The position numbers and the translations under genes are program-made. From positions 179,334,840 through 179,387,406 of the forward strand of contig NC_068981.1 in the NCBI RefSeq assembly GCF_001194135.2: a DNA stretch of 52,567 nucleotides, written 5' to 3'. Numbering within the stretch: position 1 is the first letter of the stretch; each line of letters opens with the position of its first letter. This DNA is from Octopus bimaculoides. Taxonomy: Eukaryota. Positions 25,956-39,929 of this stretch are shown here, in pieces. The notes below the pieces were generated by a model. The model was given only the letters and a program-made list of their open reading frames with translations. It made no database searches and was not told where the DNA came from.

Positions 25956-27849
25956 TTTATGGCACTATTTGTAAAACTTAGGGATCAGTTTGTCCGGAGT
26001 TTGCTGGTCGAGCAAGGTATGTCGGTTGTGATGTGTCTTTATATTTGACACTGTTGTTTATTCAGATGATTTGTTGGTTAGCTGCAAATTGTTATAGTGC
26101 CATGAAAATGTTGGCGATTTTAGTTGTAGTAATGTTTGCGCCAGCGTGGGATTGCTGGGTTTTATGACAATATAAAAGCTAATTACACGCAGTAAAAAGA
26201 AGCGCTCGACAGATAATGTTTTGGGAGTGTGAGATTTAAGTATAAAAGTAAGAATTGCCAGAAAAGGAAAGTTTCTGAGAAATAGTTGAGTGGATTCGAG
26301 CTCCTTATGATCGTGGAAAGGACACAAAATATCTTCGTGGATAGATTGAGGAATGTAAAGGTTATATTGTAAATAAATATAATTAGTTTTGTATGATAAT
26401 CAATATTTTAAAAATAATTTTGGGACATAAACTTCTGGCGAAAACGTGCAGACATGTCAATCGAAATAACACAGTATTGCTGAAACTGCATTTTATTCAG
26501 TATCGAATTAGATCATTTTCACGAGGAATTTTATGTAAAATTGATTAGATATCAAGCGTTTATCACCTAATGAGAAGCAAAAACAATTAAAACATTAAAG
26601 AAATAACAAATAATAAATTGGTAACGAATTCATTAATACTATAATTATTGATGTCTAATAATAACTATTTCAGTTGTCGATCCCTTTATGGTAACTGTTG
26701 CTACTGATGAGATGATCAGACAAGGACTGGTAGTAGAGAATCCCAAATAACTCAACATTGCTAACGGAGGTTAACATGTTGGCGAATGGCTTAAAAAGTA
26801 ATACAGGAATAGACAATCACAGACAATGTATAGTTTTAAGAGGATCACTCTAAATGCTATCCTGATGTAATTAAATTGATTAAAAAATGTGAGTTTGAAG
26901 ACAGAATACCGATGGGTCAGTATAGAGTAAATACTGTCTATTAGCTGGTGGTTATTTTCCAGATGAAATCTGTCCTCTCACTGATCACAAGAGATTTTCT
27001 ACCATAAATATTTTGTAAAAATTCCATACCTTGACGTTGTTGTGTCTTAAAAGTTACTCTGAAATAAGGTGCGTGTAACCACAGTGAAGAAATAACTCTC
27101 GCATCAATAAATATTTCCAGAGAAACTAAGAATACAAGTATTCACATGGAAAATTCTGTCGTCAGCAACATAGTGTTAAGTTAGCTTTGATGACAAGTGA
27201 ACGAAGATATTTCAGAATATGTTTAAAAATATTTACAAGCAATAGCGGCAATATTAATACCGAGAGGTAATACTTATCCTCACTTATAAGTGTATGTTTT
27301 GTAAGGTGAAACTATATCTTGGATTTGGTGAAACTATATTTGGATTTGGAGCGAACAAACAAACGAAAGTGCATTTTGCATTAAAAGCCAATATGAGAGT
27401 TTCTCTCATGGTAAAAACCGCAGTATAGTTTGTACTAACACAGTGTACACGTTTAAGTGGAGATAAATACTGCCATTTCAGAATACATAGCCCAAGACAC
27501 TGTGGCAACGTGAATTAAAATCAATGCGCTGCCGATCAAGAAATTGAACCCATAAGTTGCTTGTGAATCAAACACTCTAACTACTAGGCCACCCACCTTC
27601 ACTCAATGTTACGGAATAAAGTATCTATAATTATTTTGAGACAATTGAAACGCTACAAATAGCAGCCAATCTTCCTAAAGCCGCATTCTATTGACTTAAG
27701 ATAACTCAGATTGGAAAATGACGTCTAAATATATTCTAAGTCGAATAATCACGGAGGGATTGCCTTTGGTTATAACCCTGCATCACGAGTTTCAGTGAAC
27801 GAGTCAAACTCTAATGATTTTATAAGTGTTTATTCATTACTTTTGACTT

Positions 27850-28010
27850 TATAACATAATTTAGCGGTTCGGCAAAAGATGGTATCGAATAAGTAACACA
27901 TTTGAAAAGAAGTAATGGAGTTAATGTGTTCCAAAGAAACCTTAAAGGTGGTTCCCCAGCATGACCGTACTCCAATGAGTGAAACAAGTGAAAGCATAAA
28001 GTGAAAGAAT
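27850..28010 (+). mobile_element. SINE family A, diverged 3' fragment
   Basis: ttagcggttcggcaaaagat...ccccagcatgaccgtactccaatgagtgaaacaagtgaaag; (GAA)n follows at 28080-28140. Confidence 0.75.
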
Positions 28011-28839
28011 AAAAGAAGAGAGAGCAAGAAGCAAAGAGGAGGCGGAGAAGGAGGGAGAAAAGAATAAAAAGAAATCAAATAGAAGAAGAAGAAGAAGAAG
28101 AAGAAGAAGAAGAAGAAGAAGAAGAAGAAGAAGAAGAAGAATGAGGAGAGGAATCAACTACAGTGCATGATTAGCATACTATTAGTTGACCCCCGATGGA
28201 GTAAAGGTGAGGTAGATCTTGGCGGAATTTGAACACTTATTGGAAAACAGTTGTAAAAATATGAATATCGTGCTTTTAATCAGAGAGAAATAAACGTTTA
28301 ATTTCTTAACAGAGTTTAGACATAAATAATTCTATATTTAATGTCACTTTTTAGATTTGCAAATTCTTCAAAAGAAATTCTTAATTTCAACTATTAGTTC
28401 GAAACACAGTTTTCTGCTGAACTACATAATCTTAAACTTCAATAAATTCGAAAGTTTCAGTAGTTTATGGAATTGAGGCAGTCTTCGTCGATTTAGAAGA
28501 ATTATTGTCAGATTACGATAAGCTTTATTGTATATGAAATGGATTCTAAGTTATGCATATACTGCCATAATATATGTAATTAATATAACACTTAAATTGT
28601 CCAATATTTATGATACTCTATATATCAGATATACACAAATTATGCATTGTCTCAACAGTCACTAAATTGTATTCAAATTCAAATACACTTATTGAACAGA
28701 GGTATAGCCGTGTCTTTCAAACGTTCGTTTTGGAAGTAATTGTATTCAGATTCGATCCCTGTGCGCAGCCTTTTGTTCCTTCTATCGTGGCTTTGATGGA
28801 ACGATAAAAACTTTACATTGTAATTTGGCAAAAGCCCGC

Positions 28840-28872
<33 letters not shown>

Positions 28873-29439
28873 NNNNNNNNNNNNNNNNNNNNNNNNNNNN
28901 NNNNNNNNNNNNNNNNNNNNNNNNNNNNNNNNNNNNNNNNNNNNNNNNNNNNNNNNNNNNNNNNNNNNNNNNNNNNNNNNNNNNNNNNNNNNNNNNNNNN
29001 NNNNNNNNNNNNNNNNNNNNNNNNNTTAGATAATAGATCGTATGGTATACACCTGGTAGTTCACCTGTAAAGAACGTTCACTTGCACAGGGTTCGTTGTG
29101 TATTTGATTAATGAGAGAGACGGAAGATGGAAGTTACGAGAATGTTTATTGTTCACTACAGTTATTTCGACCCATCTAGAATCGATCCCTCACGGTTGGG
29201 TTACTGAACAACTGGTTTAGGGCTATCCGTCGGTATAGATGCATCTCTTCAGGTGTTTACAAGATGTACTTTTTCGCTGTATTGTGTATTTATTTCGTTT
29301 TGCATCTCATTTTTATTGATCTACAATAATGAAGCTGTATCCCTTAATTTACTGTTTTTGTATACACATACCGAGAAAAAAAAACGGAATAGACGTTATT
29401 TTAACGAGATACATTTCTTTCATTTATCAAATATATTTA

Positions 29440-30705
29440 TCAGGTCATCAAGTATGCAATTTGAAGAAAAGAAAAAAGAGTTTGCTTGTGTTTTATAAAT
29501 GCAAGGAATAGTTTTATTCATCAAAATATGCACCCATATTGTCAATACACTTTTACCCTTTCAGCGGTAGCATGTGCAGCCTGGAACTGTAAAAACCTGG
29601 CAATCTAGAGTCAATAAAATCTTGGAAGCCTTGTTTTACAACATCGTCGGAAATAATTTTTTTTCCTATCAAAAAGTTATCCAAATTCTGGAAGAAGTGG
29701 TAGTCAGTGGGGGCAAAATCAGGTGAGTATGGTGGGTGATGGAGAACTTCCAACTGCAATTCCTGTAGTTTCGCCAATGTCATTTTTGCGATGTGTGGTG
29801 TGGGGTTGACTTGCAATAAAATAGGAGTGGATCAGTTGACTAATCTAGGCTATATTTTTATTGTAAGTTTCTGCATCATTTGGTCCAGTTGGCTGCAGTA
29901 TACTTCGGCCGTGATTGATGAGCCAGGTTTAAAGAGATCATAATGGATCAAACCTGCGCCAGACCACCAAACATACAACATCAGCTTCTTTTAATGAATT
30001 TTGCCTTTTGGACTGTGTTTTGGTGGCTCGTCTTTGTGCAACCATTGCGCTGAACGTTTATAGTTGTTGTATTGGATCCGTTTCTCATCACGTTACAATT
30101 CGATTAAAAAATGATTCGTTTTTTTGTGACGAGAAAGTAGCATAATGCAGGCTTCCAAACGGTGCTGTTTCTGATTTTCATTGAGTTCATGTGGAATCCA
30201 CTTATGGAGCTTTTTCACTTTACCGATTCGAACTAGGTGAGTCAATATTGTTTGCTTGATAATACCAAACAACAACGATAATTCACGGTCAATTTAGATG
30301 GATCTGACTCGACGGTGGCTTTCAGTTCGTCATTATCCACGTTTATTTCTGGTCGACCGCGTTGCTCATTTTTGAGGTCAAAGTTACCAGAACGAAATTT
30401 TGCAAACCAATTTGATACTGTCTGCTGTGTAATAAGATTAGAATGAAATGTTTCATTAATATTCCGAGCTGTCTGTGATGCTATATTTGCAAGAAAGAAC
30501 TCATATTTCAAAACTGTACAAATTTCCGACTTAACCATTCCTAAACAAAAATAACAAAAACGATTTATAAATACTTCATAAAGCGCAAAATGAGTTGGAT
30601 TAAATAAATAGATGTATCAGCTTTCTAACACAAAATAAAGATTGTCAAAATATAATAATGGCGGAAAATGAGCAGCTGTCAAAGTTTACTATATACCTTA
30701 CTAAA
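29440..30705 (-). mobile_element. mariner transposon (DD34D, cecropia/Hsmar1-like), defective
   Basis: Contains the disrupted transposase; no matching TIR pair found, and the 5' end runs into (CA)n. Confidence 0.85.
29514..30538 (-). pseudogene. mariner transposase with frameshifts and stops
   Basis: MVKSEICTVLKYEF...RGRP, IGKVKKLHKWIPHEL, frameshifted T(C)DEK, LLQVNPTPH (catalytic D altered), HPPYSPDFAPTDYHFF, GAYFDE*. Confidence 0.93.
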
Positions 30706-30840
<135 letters not shown>

Positions 30841-30904
30841 AGCACACACACATCTATATATAATGACTGAAACAAGTAAAAGATAGTATATATGCATATA
30901 TTAT

Positions 30905-31275
30905 AGTTTACTTGTTTTAGACATTAAACCGCAGCAACGGCTGGGTATCACCTTGTATGGTTTCGTCAAGAAAATCAGCCCCAATACATACTTTTTATTC
31001 TTTGTATCTATTCTATCGGCTTCTTATGCTGAATCATTAAGTTACGGGTATGTTAACAAACTAATACTGGTTGTCGAGCGCGGGTTGTAGGAACAAACGA
31101 AAGCCCACATACACATAGATACATACATGTATATATATGACGGACTTTTAGTTTCCGTCTGTTAAACCCAATAACAAAGCTTTGACGTGACTCGGTTTTA
31201 CAGTAGAAGACATTTGCCCAATGAACTACGCGGTGAGACTAATCCAGAACAATATGGTAGGGAAACAAATATGCC
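30905..31275 (-). mobile_element. SINE family A, diverged
   Basis: Collinear with 5128-5528 (tttacttgttt..., aagttacggg, agtttccgtc, gacatttgccca). Confidence 0.75.
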
Positions 31276-34161
31276 AATCCTTAATCAAAAGTTCAGCTGC
31301 TATGTAAACCAGTTATCAATTAGACTTGCGCATTAGCAGATAGCGTCATTTGTACAGATGTACGTTTGACGGCTCGTCCATAAATCAAGCAATATCGGTT
31401 TACGCACAAAACAACGCAAATCAAACCTGAAATGTAGTTAACTATTAGGAAACATCACTCTGCTATTGATTTGGAGGGGAAATTATTTACAGAAGAAAGC
31501 AGAGTAGGTCTTCTCTGAGGAGCAGTCAACGTATTGTAAAACGGTCGTCTAGAAACTCCCTCCCTCATTTTCCCACACTTTAGTAGCAAAGAAAGGCGTA
31601 TTCATAAGAAGAAATATGATATATTTGATCACTATTGTCATGAGTTTTAACAATCATTTTTAGAATTAATCTACTCGTATGAGTTGAAGACTAGGAACTG
31701 TGAGCTTAAGCTACGTTAAACGAATGTGAAATGCAACGTACTAAACAGAAAATTGAGAGTGGATTTTAAAATGTAGACGATATGACAATATTTGTTTCAG
31801 CATTTTTTTTTTTATTATACTTCAGTATTTCTACTGAAATTGCTTTGCAATACAATTTATATGTGTAAACTAAAAATTCAAACAATAATTTGTTCTGAAA
31901 TTTGTATTAAAATGTTTATAATAATTGTCATGGCTTCAAAATTTTCATAGCTTTCCTAGGAAAATTGATTTCTCCTTTAAACTAGTAAATTCTAATCATT
32001 TTTCTAGATGATACTTGAATTTATCACGTGATATTTTTACGTATGGTCTTGATTGCCTTTTGGTCTTTTTGCCTGTCGCTTCCTTATTATTCCGCGCGAG
32101 GTGAAGGAATTCTCTATAACTCACATTCTATCAGTGCAGGTGTGTCCTAGGGTTTCGCTTTGTCGCTCACACTCTGACTTCTGTACAACAATGCGGTATT
32201 TGCTATCATCACGAAGAAAATTCGTTCTTACACAGATGATACCTCATATCATTTTTTAACCTTCTGCACTCTAGATTCAATTATATGTAACCTTTTCGAT
32301 CCTAACTTCAAGCTGAGGTTGTTTAAATATTGTTCAATGGAATCTTGAAAATCTTGTTATTTACGACTCAATAAAATTAGAAAAACTAAACACAGTCAAC
32401 AAAATATAAACGATCATCTGCTTAACATACAGAGCACGTAACTAAAACATTCAAGGTTATTGCACATGTGAAGTCGTACCGCCATTGAGGTTCTTTCCAA
32501 GTGAATATATATATCATCAGCATAAGGATTACATGATGATGTTGAATGTGGATGTGCGTTGCGTGTGTATGAAATTGAGTTCTGTGTGAATGAATGTGGT
32601 GCATGTGTGTCCATGCGTGTGAGTGAATGGGTATGTATCTGTTTGCACATTCTAGCTGTATTTGCAGTTATATATTCTGGGAACAACGCAATCTATATTC
32701 GTAGATATAAAATTAACATTGCTCCAGATTCTAGCCCTAACGTTTCACGTGCTTAGCACGGTCATGTGTGGTGAAGACAGAATTTTTTAAATTGCGTTCA
32801 TCATACATAGTATTTTAGTTTGTTACATATATCTCGTAGGAAACGAAATATGATATCATTTTTCATTTACAACGAAGAAATGAAATTTCAGTTGACCGAA
32901 AAAATAAACAGGCTAAATGTGTACTTACAAAATCTCTCGGAGGAATGACTGTTAATGATAATTCTCAAAAACATTGAAAATATTTCTCATAATTTATTCC
33001 TGTGAGACATTTTGCAAGTGCACACTGAACATGTTTATTTTTTCTATCAACCGCGGTTCCATTTCTTCAATTTGTAGAGGGAAAAAAACTTCGTTTTTTG
33101 TAAGATATTCATAGTTCCTCTATAATTATAAATAATGGACGCATGCTTGCAAATTTACCTTTCTCCAACCATGTTTGAGGCAGCAGGTGAAAAGTTTATC
33201 CAGAAGTTTGAACTAATATAATTTGTGTCGTTATTCGGTATATATAACTAAATAACAGTACACATGTTTACATAGTACTGTTGTCATAATATTGTTATAC
33301 TCTGTGACCATTTTGTTTAATTACCGGAAAATATCGCAGTTATATATTACAACAATGCACACACAAACATACATACACACACACACACATATATATGCCA
33401 CCGTATATTACAAACATAGTTCACAGAAACTTAAACTACTTTACAGTAAACAGCTTCGCCAACAATCATCTCTCTTTCGAAAAAAATAAATAATAAATAA
33501 AAATAACGAAATAATGGCGATCACAGTTAGCAATTGTTATTCTGGGACGTGTGAAGCCAATTGCCTTTCTCAAAACAGTAAGAACCGGCCAAAATTTGCC
33601 ATAAGGGAAAACGAAAATTATTTAAAGACACTGCCGATGCTATTGTTGAATTCTCGTTTAACTTCACATGTATCTGATTCAACAGAGATGACTCTGAAAC
33701 ACAGAGCTTAAGAAGATTTCGAAACCAGAGTTCCTAAAAGATGTTTCCATCGTTTTATGCTTTTGTTCAGCGACAGGTCATTCTTAAAAATATTAAAAAA
33801 AGAAGCTAAATGCTTTCACGTTAAAAGTTATCGATGATGTTGTTGGACATCACATAAAATTATGTGATGTTAATTATTGGACAATTAATTGTTTTCTGTC
33901 TACATCTGCTATTACCATTAAAAAACACATAGGGGAATACTTCAGTGCTCGTAATTAACGGAAGCAATCAAGTTGGCAAACAAAACTTGAGAAAAACTTT
34001 CATAATCTGCCCGCCATACTGGATGATTAATCACAATACTAAAATGTAAATAGAATACTGATTTCATGCCCCACTAATTACATTTTATACAAAATGATCA
34101 CAAAACTCTAGGGTGATTCTTGAGTTCAAGTTCTTTAGGGAAATCTAATTACTTACAAGCA

Positions 34162-34181
34162 GAGATAGATAGATAGATAAG

Positions 34182-34225
<44 letters not shown>
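34162..34225. repeat. (GATA)n microsatellite
   Basis: Direct reading. Confidence 0.97.
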
Positions 34226-34226
<1 letters not shown>

Positions 34227-34454
34227 GGCTATAATGCGCAGAAAATTTCTTCACCCTTTTATGCAAACCGAAAAGAGGATATTGTATTGTTTTGTTTAGA
34301 AAAGGGGAAAGGAAAACGAGGAAGGAAAGGAGAAGAGGAGGAGAGAGTGGAAGACACAGAGACAGGAAAGAGAAAGGAAAGTAGGATGATTTTTGACTAA
34401 AACTTGGTTTGATGCTAAATGCCATTTCAAGATGTAAATTCTGTATTTTTGGAG

Positions 34455-34617
34455 AAATATACACAGCTTGGCCTTGTGGTAAGAGGCTTGCTTCGCAACC
34501 ACAGGGTTCCAGTTCAGTCTCACTGCGTGGTACCTTGGGTAAGTGTCTTATACTATAGCCCCGGGCTGACCAAAGCCTTTTGAGTGGATTTGTGACGGAA
34601 ACTGAAAGTAACACGTC

Positions 34618-34620
<3 letters not shown>
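34455..34620 (+). mobile_element. SINE family A, 5' half ending in (TA)n and a gap
   Basis: tgtggtaagaggcttgcttcgcaaccacagggttcc...ggaaactgaaag...cgtcgtatata. Confidence 0.88.
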
Positions 34621-34661
<41 letters not shown>

Positions 34662-34759
34662 NNNNNNNNNNCGACTTTTGGACATTAAATTTAATAATAA
34701 TAATACTAATAATAATAAAGTAATAATAATAATATATAAATAATTTTATAAAAAACATG

Positions 34760-35400
34760 ATTAAAAACATTTCTATTGTATGTACGAATTTCCGGTTATT
34801 TTTCCGTAAGCAATGAATGTATAAATATATAAACATTGATTTACAGTGGTATTTTCCTCTGATAAACTCAGTAAATTTGTGTCTTTTTGATATTTACTAA
34901 GAATAATATTGATATAAGTACGCATAAATTGATTAGAATAATTCTTAAAAATGATTATATATCTTTTTGAATAATGATGCATGTATGGATATTTCTTGTA
35001 GACCCCATAATATTTAGTATATATCATCATATTACGTTCTTTCGAACTTGTATGCTCATAAAAATTATGGAATAATAAAACTATTGGGCTTAGTCTAATT
35101 TATTTCCTTCTGTAAAGCTAAGCAAAATTCTGATAATTTATTTATATATTATTATCCTTTTTATGTAAGAAATAGTGTAGTTTATAATAATCGTAACTTT
35201 ATACATTTGTTTAACATCGGCGTATTTATAAGAAACTTTTGAATTAATGAATCGTTGGTTAAAAGATTTTTAATGAGTTTAGAATCTGAATAAAATATAT
35301 TCTTATTTATTTTTTCATAATAGTATATAGAAATTTTTAATAAAATATATTTTCTACTCCCACATAAATTCTTTACATACTATATAGATTTTATAATATA
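34760..35400 (-). pseudogene. Very AT-rich coding remnant, probably PLE RT thumb to GIY-YIG region
   Basis: Two stop-free stretches of about 65 and 80 codons despite extreme AT content. KNLCGS..., LYRRK..PIV and ERNMMIY weakly resemble PLE ORF2 C-terminal motifs. Confidence 0.4.
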
Positions 35401-35643
35401 TTAAAAATGGGTAGTAATTATTTGAGATTAAAATATCTTTAGATTCATATTATTAAAGATGCATAAGAACATTTTATGACCGTTGTAATTGTCTTGTTTA
35501 TTTAATATATTTTATCTATTTGAATTTTGGTTTTGTTTTTATATTTATTATATTCTTAAGTTATTCACGGTTGTAAACATAGAGATATTTTATATCAGTC
35601 TATTTTATAATTTACCAGGCCTTACATGAAATGTTAGTTTTTA

Positions 35644-35742
35644 GACAAATATTACCCTGACGAGACTCATATGCATAAATGTGAATTCAATAAATTCGCT
35701 AGTGGATGTAAATCGAAACAAATAGTAGGATATATATTTGTT
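35644..35742 (+). ncRNA. Type I hammerhead ribozyme candidate with complete core
   Basis: CC-CTGACGA (35657-63), G10.1 (35664) with C11.1 (35714), GAAAC-aaata-GTA (35715-27), then GG. Distal stem I gacaaatat/atatttgtt; stem II holds gtgaatt/aattcgc and tgcat/atgta helices. Confidence 0.65.
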
Positions 35743-35969
35743 TTAATTATTTGTTATATTATATTATACCTTTTCATAATATAATTATATTACATTATAA
35801 TGTTAATAAATGTTTAATATGACAATTGTATTTCTCCATTTCTTTTAATATTTGCATATTGAAATTATACCATTTTAAGTTCGGATTTTTTCTCTACTAT
35901 GTATTTAACTGAAGAACCGGGGAAAATGGGATGTTTTCCGTCCCTTTGAGGGATATTGTTTTTACGTTG

Positions 35970-36130
35970 GATTCATTGACTGCGGCCATGCTGGAACATC
36001 GCCTCTAGTCGGACAAATTAAACCCAGGATTAATGCTTTGTAATCCTAGTACTCATTCTATCGGTTTTCTTTTGGTCACCCGCTATGTCACGGAGATGTA
36101 AACACACCAGCATCGGCTGTCAAACGATTC
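35970..36130 (-). mobile_element. SINE family A, 3' fragment
   Basis: cattgactgcggccatgctggaacatcgcc...gtaaacacaccagcatcggctgtcaa. Confidence 0.85.
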
Positions 36131-37661
36131 CAACGTGAATCTTCGTTCATTTCATTCCATGACAATTCATTCAAAATTGTGACTACTCAATCGCCAAGTT
36201 GTGCTTGTGATGTTTCGAGCGATGACTATTGTCTGTTTTAATAAATTCGGCGGACGAAACGATTTACGAGTCCGGTCTTCAGAACAGGACCTGTTTCTGA
36301 CACGTGTGCTTGTTTTATGATATTTTTAGAGTTCCCAACTCTTTCGCATTCTCCATGTACACTAAAACCGTAGTTAAAAATAGTCTAACTTATTTTGAAG
36401 TTATTGATTGGGCAGTTTGCGACATTCGCCCTCAGGTTTGACTTGTCAGATTTCGTTGCAATCAACACTATATATACACATCTTAGATGATTATTTGTGC
36501 GTATCTTTTCTACGTGTGTGGTGAATATTAGAAGCACTTCGCAGAATGATCAAGAAGAGAACTTCAATTATGAGATATATGCTGAAAGTGGCTTCTTGAG
36601 AATAAAGTTGGGTAGCCACAGTCTGTTGAAACCTGTTGGACAGGCTCTATAAATTGAAAAGCGGGTATAAATTGAAAAGGTTTATATAGTAAATAGGACA
36701 CCAAAGCTACAATAGAATTCGGAGGTGATTCCATGGACTGAACACGAACACCGGATCCATTCGCTTGTATATACATACATGAAGAATAGTGATTCACACA
36801 CAGATATATATCACCTGATTCTATCCATTCACACATGCACACAATAAGTTAGCTTGTTTGTGTGTGAGTATGTGTATGTGTGTATGTGTGTATATATGTT
36901 TCTGTGCGCGAGTATGTATCGGTATAAATTTGTTGGTATCTATGTAGCTGTAGATAGTTGTGTATATGTGGAAAGGTATGTGGAGAGAAACAATTTCTTA
37001 TAAGTAAATTATTAAGCAGAACACGCATGTAATATGTGAAGAATAGAAGAATGCTTCTTGTACTTATAAATCAAAATCCTATTAAGGGTTTGTTATAGTA
37101 AACAAATTAAAAGCCTATTAAGTCAATGTAAACAGAAAGAAAATAAATTAGATTTGTGTTTTGTGTTTTCTGTGTTTTCCTTCATCTTGCTTTTAAAAGT
37201 TGCCGAAGCATATGATATCGTTGCGTAATAAGTCCATTGTTAATGAAGGAGAATAAAAAAAATCAATATCAAAATCTAAACAAACAAAACATTACATTTG
37301 TTTATTCACTTTTTTAATGCGTTTGAAGATAAACAAAATGAGTGAATTTTAATCACTGGATGCTAGTACATAAATAATTTTTTTTTGTCTCTAAAATACA
37401 TTTATGTGTGTGTATATATAAATATACGTTCATAGATATACATACATTACATGCGTATACACGTACATAAGTAGCCATATCTGCCTATATGTGTGTACGT
37501 ACAAAGACACACACATACGCGCGCATGCACATATAGGCATATATTATTTACTCTGACACGCAAACAATACAGGCTAAACGATTAATATAAAGTAATATAA
37601 TTAATATATGATATGTGATATAATTTATTTGTCTGGCTGTCTGGCTGTCAGGCTATACATA

Positions 37662-37723
<62 letters not shown>

Positions 37724-38386
37724 TATATATATATATACATATAATATATATATGTAGGTATGCAGGTATGTATATACTACATATATATATGCTTATTATA
37801 TTTGAATCTTATTTCCTTTTCATATTAGTGTTTACTTTCATACATATGTGTGTTTTCATGTGTGCGAGTACATTGGTTTAAATAGCTATCTCATCTACAT
37901 TTTATGCCATTATATAGGATTGAACTTGAAAACTTCTCATTTCTTCTTCTCAATAATTATCAGGCTTCAAGTATATATCTCGTATTATTGATAAATCTAT
38001 ACAATCTAAACAGAACCTCTTAAGAATACGTAGTCAACAAAAGCAATGCTATTATTACCTAATTATATTAATGTACAAATGTGCACATATTTCGATTGTT
38101 GTAAAACTTTCTCTCATTAAAACATGTATACAGAAACATTGTATATACATTTACTCTAATTATATTAACATATTTCTCCACATTCGTGTACAACGATGAT
38201 CTATCTGTATTCTCCCTGCGCGCATATAATGCACATCCATAAATATATATACTTCTATATCTCTGTGTAATCATGTAATTAAATGAATGAATTTCAAAAA
38301 AAGAAATAATGGAAAATGTTTGCAACAAAAGACGAATAAGAATTTAAAATATTAAAAGATTTGTTGGATTTTTGAAAGAAGATTAT

Positions 38387-38460
38387 TTAAGCCTCCTTTT
38401 GAAGTTCAGCAAGTTCTGCAGATTTTTCATAGTAAAATCTCTTTGAATACAATAGGCAAT
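38387..38460 (-). CDS. Candidate terminal coding exon, product unknown
   Basis: Minus-strand acceptor cttcattttccgtctttcag| followed by CLLYSKRFYYEKSAELAELQKEA* (an alternative frame IAYCIQRDFTMKNLQNLLNFKRRLK* is also open). AT-rich UTR-like sequence follows. No upstream exon identified. Confidence 0.3.
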
Positions 38461-38748
38461 CTGAAAGACGGAAAATGAAGTCTTTGGTAATTTTGCAACT
38501 GAATTCCATGACATAAACTACATTTCGAAAACAAAACCACATCACAAAATAAAGAGAAATTTGTAAAATATAAGTCTATTTTTATCTTACTCAAGGATCA
38601 CCATACTATCTAAAATTAATTCATCATGGATAAAGTATATAAGCGTTTGAAGAAAATATTATTATAAAGAAAACACAACCAGTAAATTACAGTTACATGT
38701 TTTCAGACATTCTCGGAGCACAGCCTTTTATACTATTTTTCTAATATT

Positions 38749-38808
<60 letters not shown>

Positions 38809-39929
38809 TCCGTGCGGTATAGTTGATGTTTCAGGGAGTTACTAGAAACTGTTCTACACAGATTATACCATGAATGGGATAGTATGAGAACAATCAAATA
38901 TTTTTTATTTGTTTTTCACGGTTGATTGATTTTTTGCTATTAACATCGTCTTGTTCTTGCCTTGTTGAACCGATACTGTATACTGGAACATGATTCAATA
39001 CTTCTCTTCCCCAATCTAGTAATTAGATCCTTAGTGGATATTATTTTCTCAGTGGAAGTACTTTGAAGACCTTTTGCTTAATAGCAATCTATTCAGCACA
39101 AGGATAAATTTATTCCTGACAGTCTATTAGGGAAGATTAAAATTTACAGAATATAATGCACATGCAACAAAGAAGCAGTTAACAGGAAATATGCATTACG
39201 GAACCAAGCGATTCCATAGTCTCGGATTGATTCCTTACCAGAGAAAAATATATATAAATCGAACTGATGATTTTAAATTCAAAAGCTTCGAAAGGTTTTA
39301 CAAATTTAAGTAAATGAGTTTCTGCATGTTAATATTATTTCATGGCACTACAGGAAATGTAGCAAAAAACTGCGTCAAGTACGAAAATCGTGAAAATACC
39401 ACTTACAAAATTACAGTTTTCTGTCTAAGATAAGCATTTTCGTGAGGAGAATTTCATTTAACATTTTCCGTACTAGCAATGTGAAAAATATGCGAAAAAT
39501 ATTCATTTACCGGTACATGAAAGCTTTTCCTTTTTTGAATCCTATTTTCGAATGAACACCTTTAATATCTGTTTCAAGTACATATTATATATATTTAACA
39601 TATTCCGTACGCGGAATGTGTAAAGAAATAATAATACAAATCTTCATTAGTTTATCAGTTTTTTGTTAAATAAGAATATTTCGTCCTATAAAAGTGTTTG
39701 CCATTCGAAGTCATGTGTATTACAAAATACATCGGGAGTTTTCATAGTCCAACATATTTTGGGTGTTTCTTTACCGCCAACAAGAATCTGATGGGATCAC
39801 TGCCTCAGAAAGCTGGTCGGTCATATTTAACTTTCTGATTGAAAAGACGTGTCGAATTGTAATGAGGCTGTGTTTATCTCAAATATCTTCAAACGTAGGA
39901 AACGTCACCTCCAAAAACCAAGCATATGC

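Noticed and set aside
31378-31387. TGATTTATGG (Pbx-Hox-like site) on the minus strand
   Set aside because: A single 10-mer is plausible by chance in this much AT-rich sequence.
36245-36290. CTGAAGA followed by a CGGAC/GTCCG stem on the minus strand
   Set aside because: No GAAA after the stem and no stem III, so not a hammerhead.
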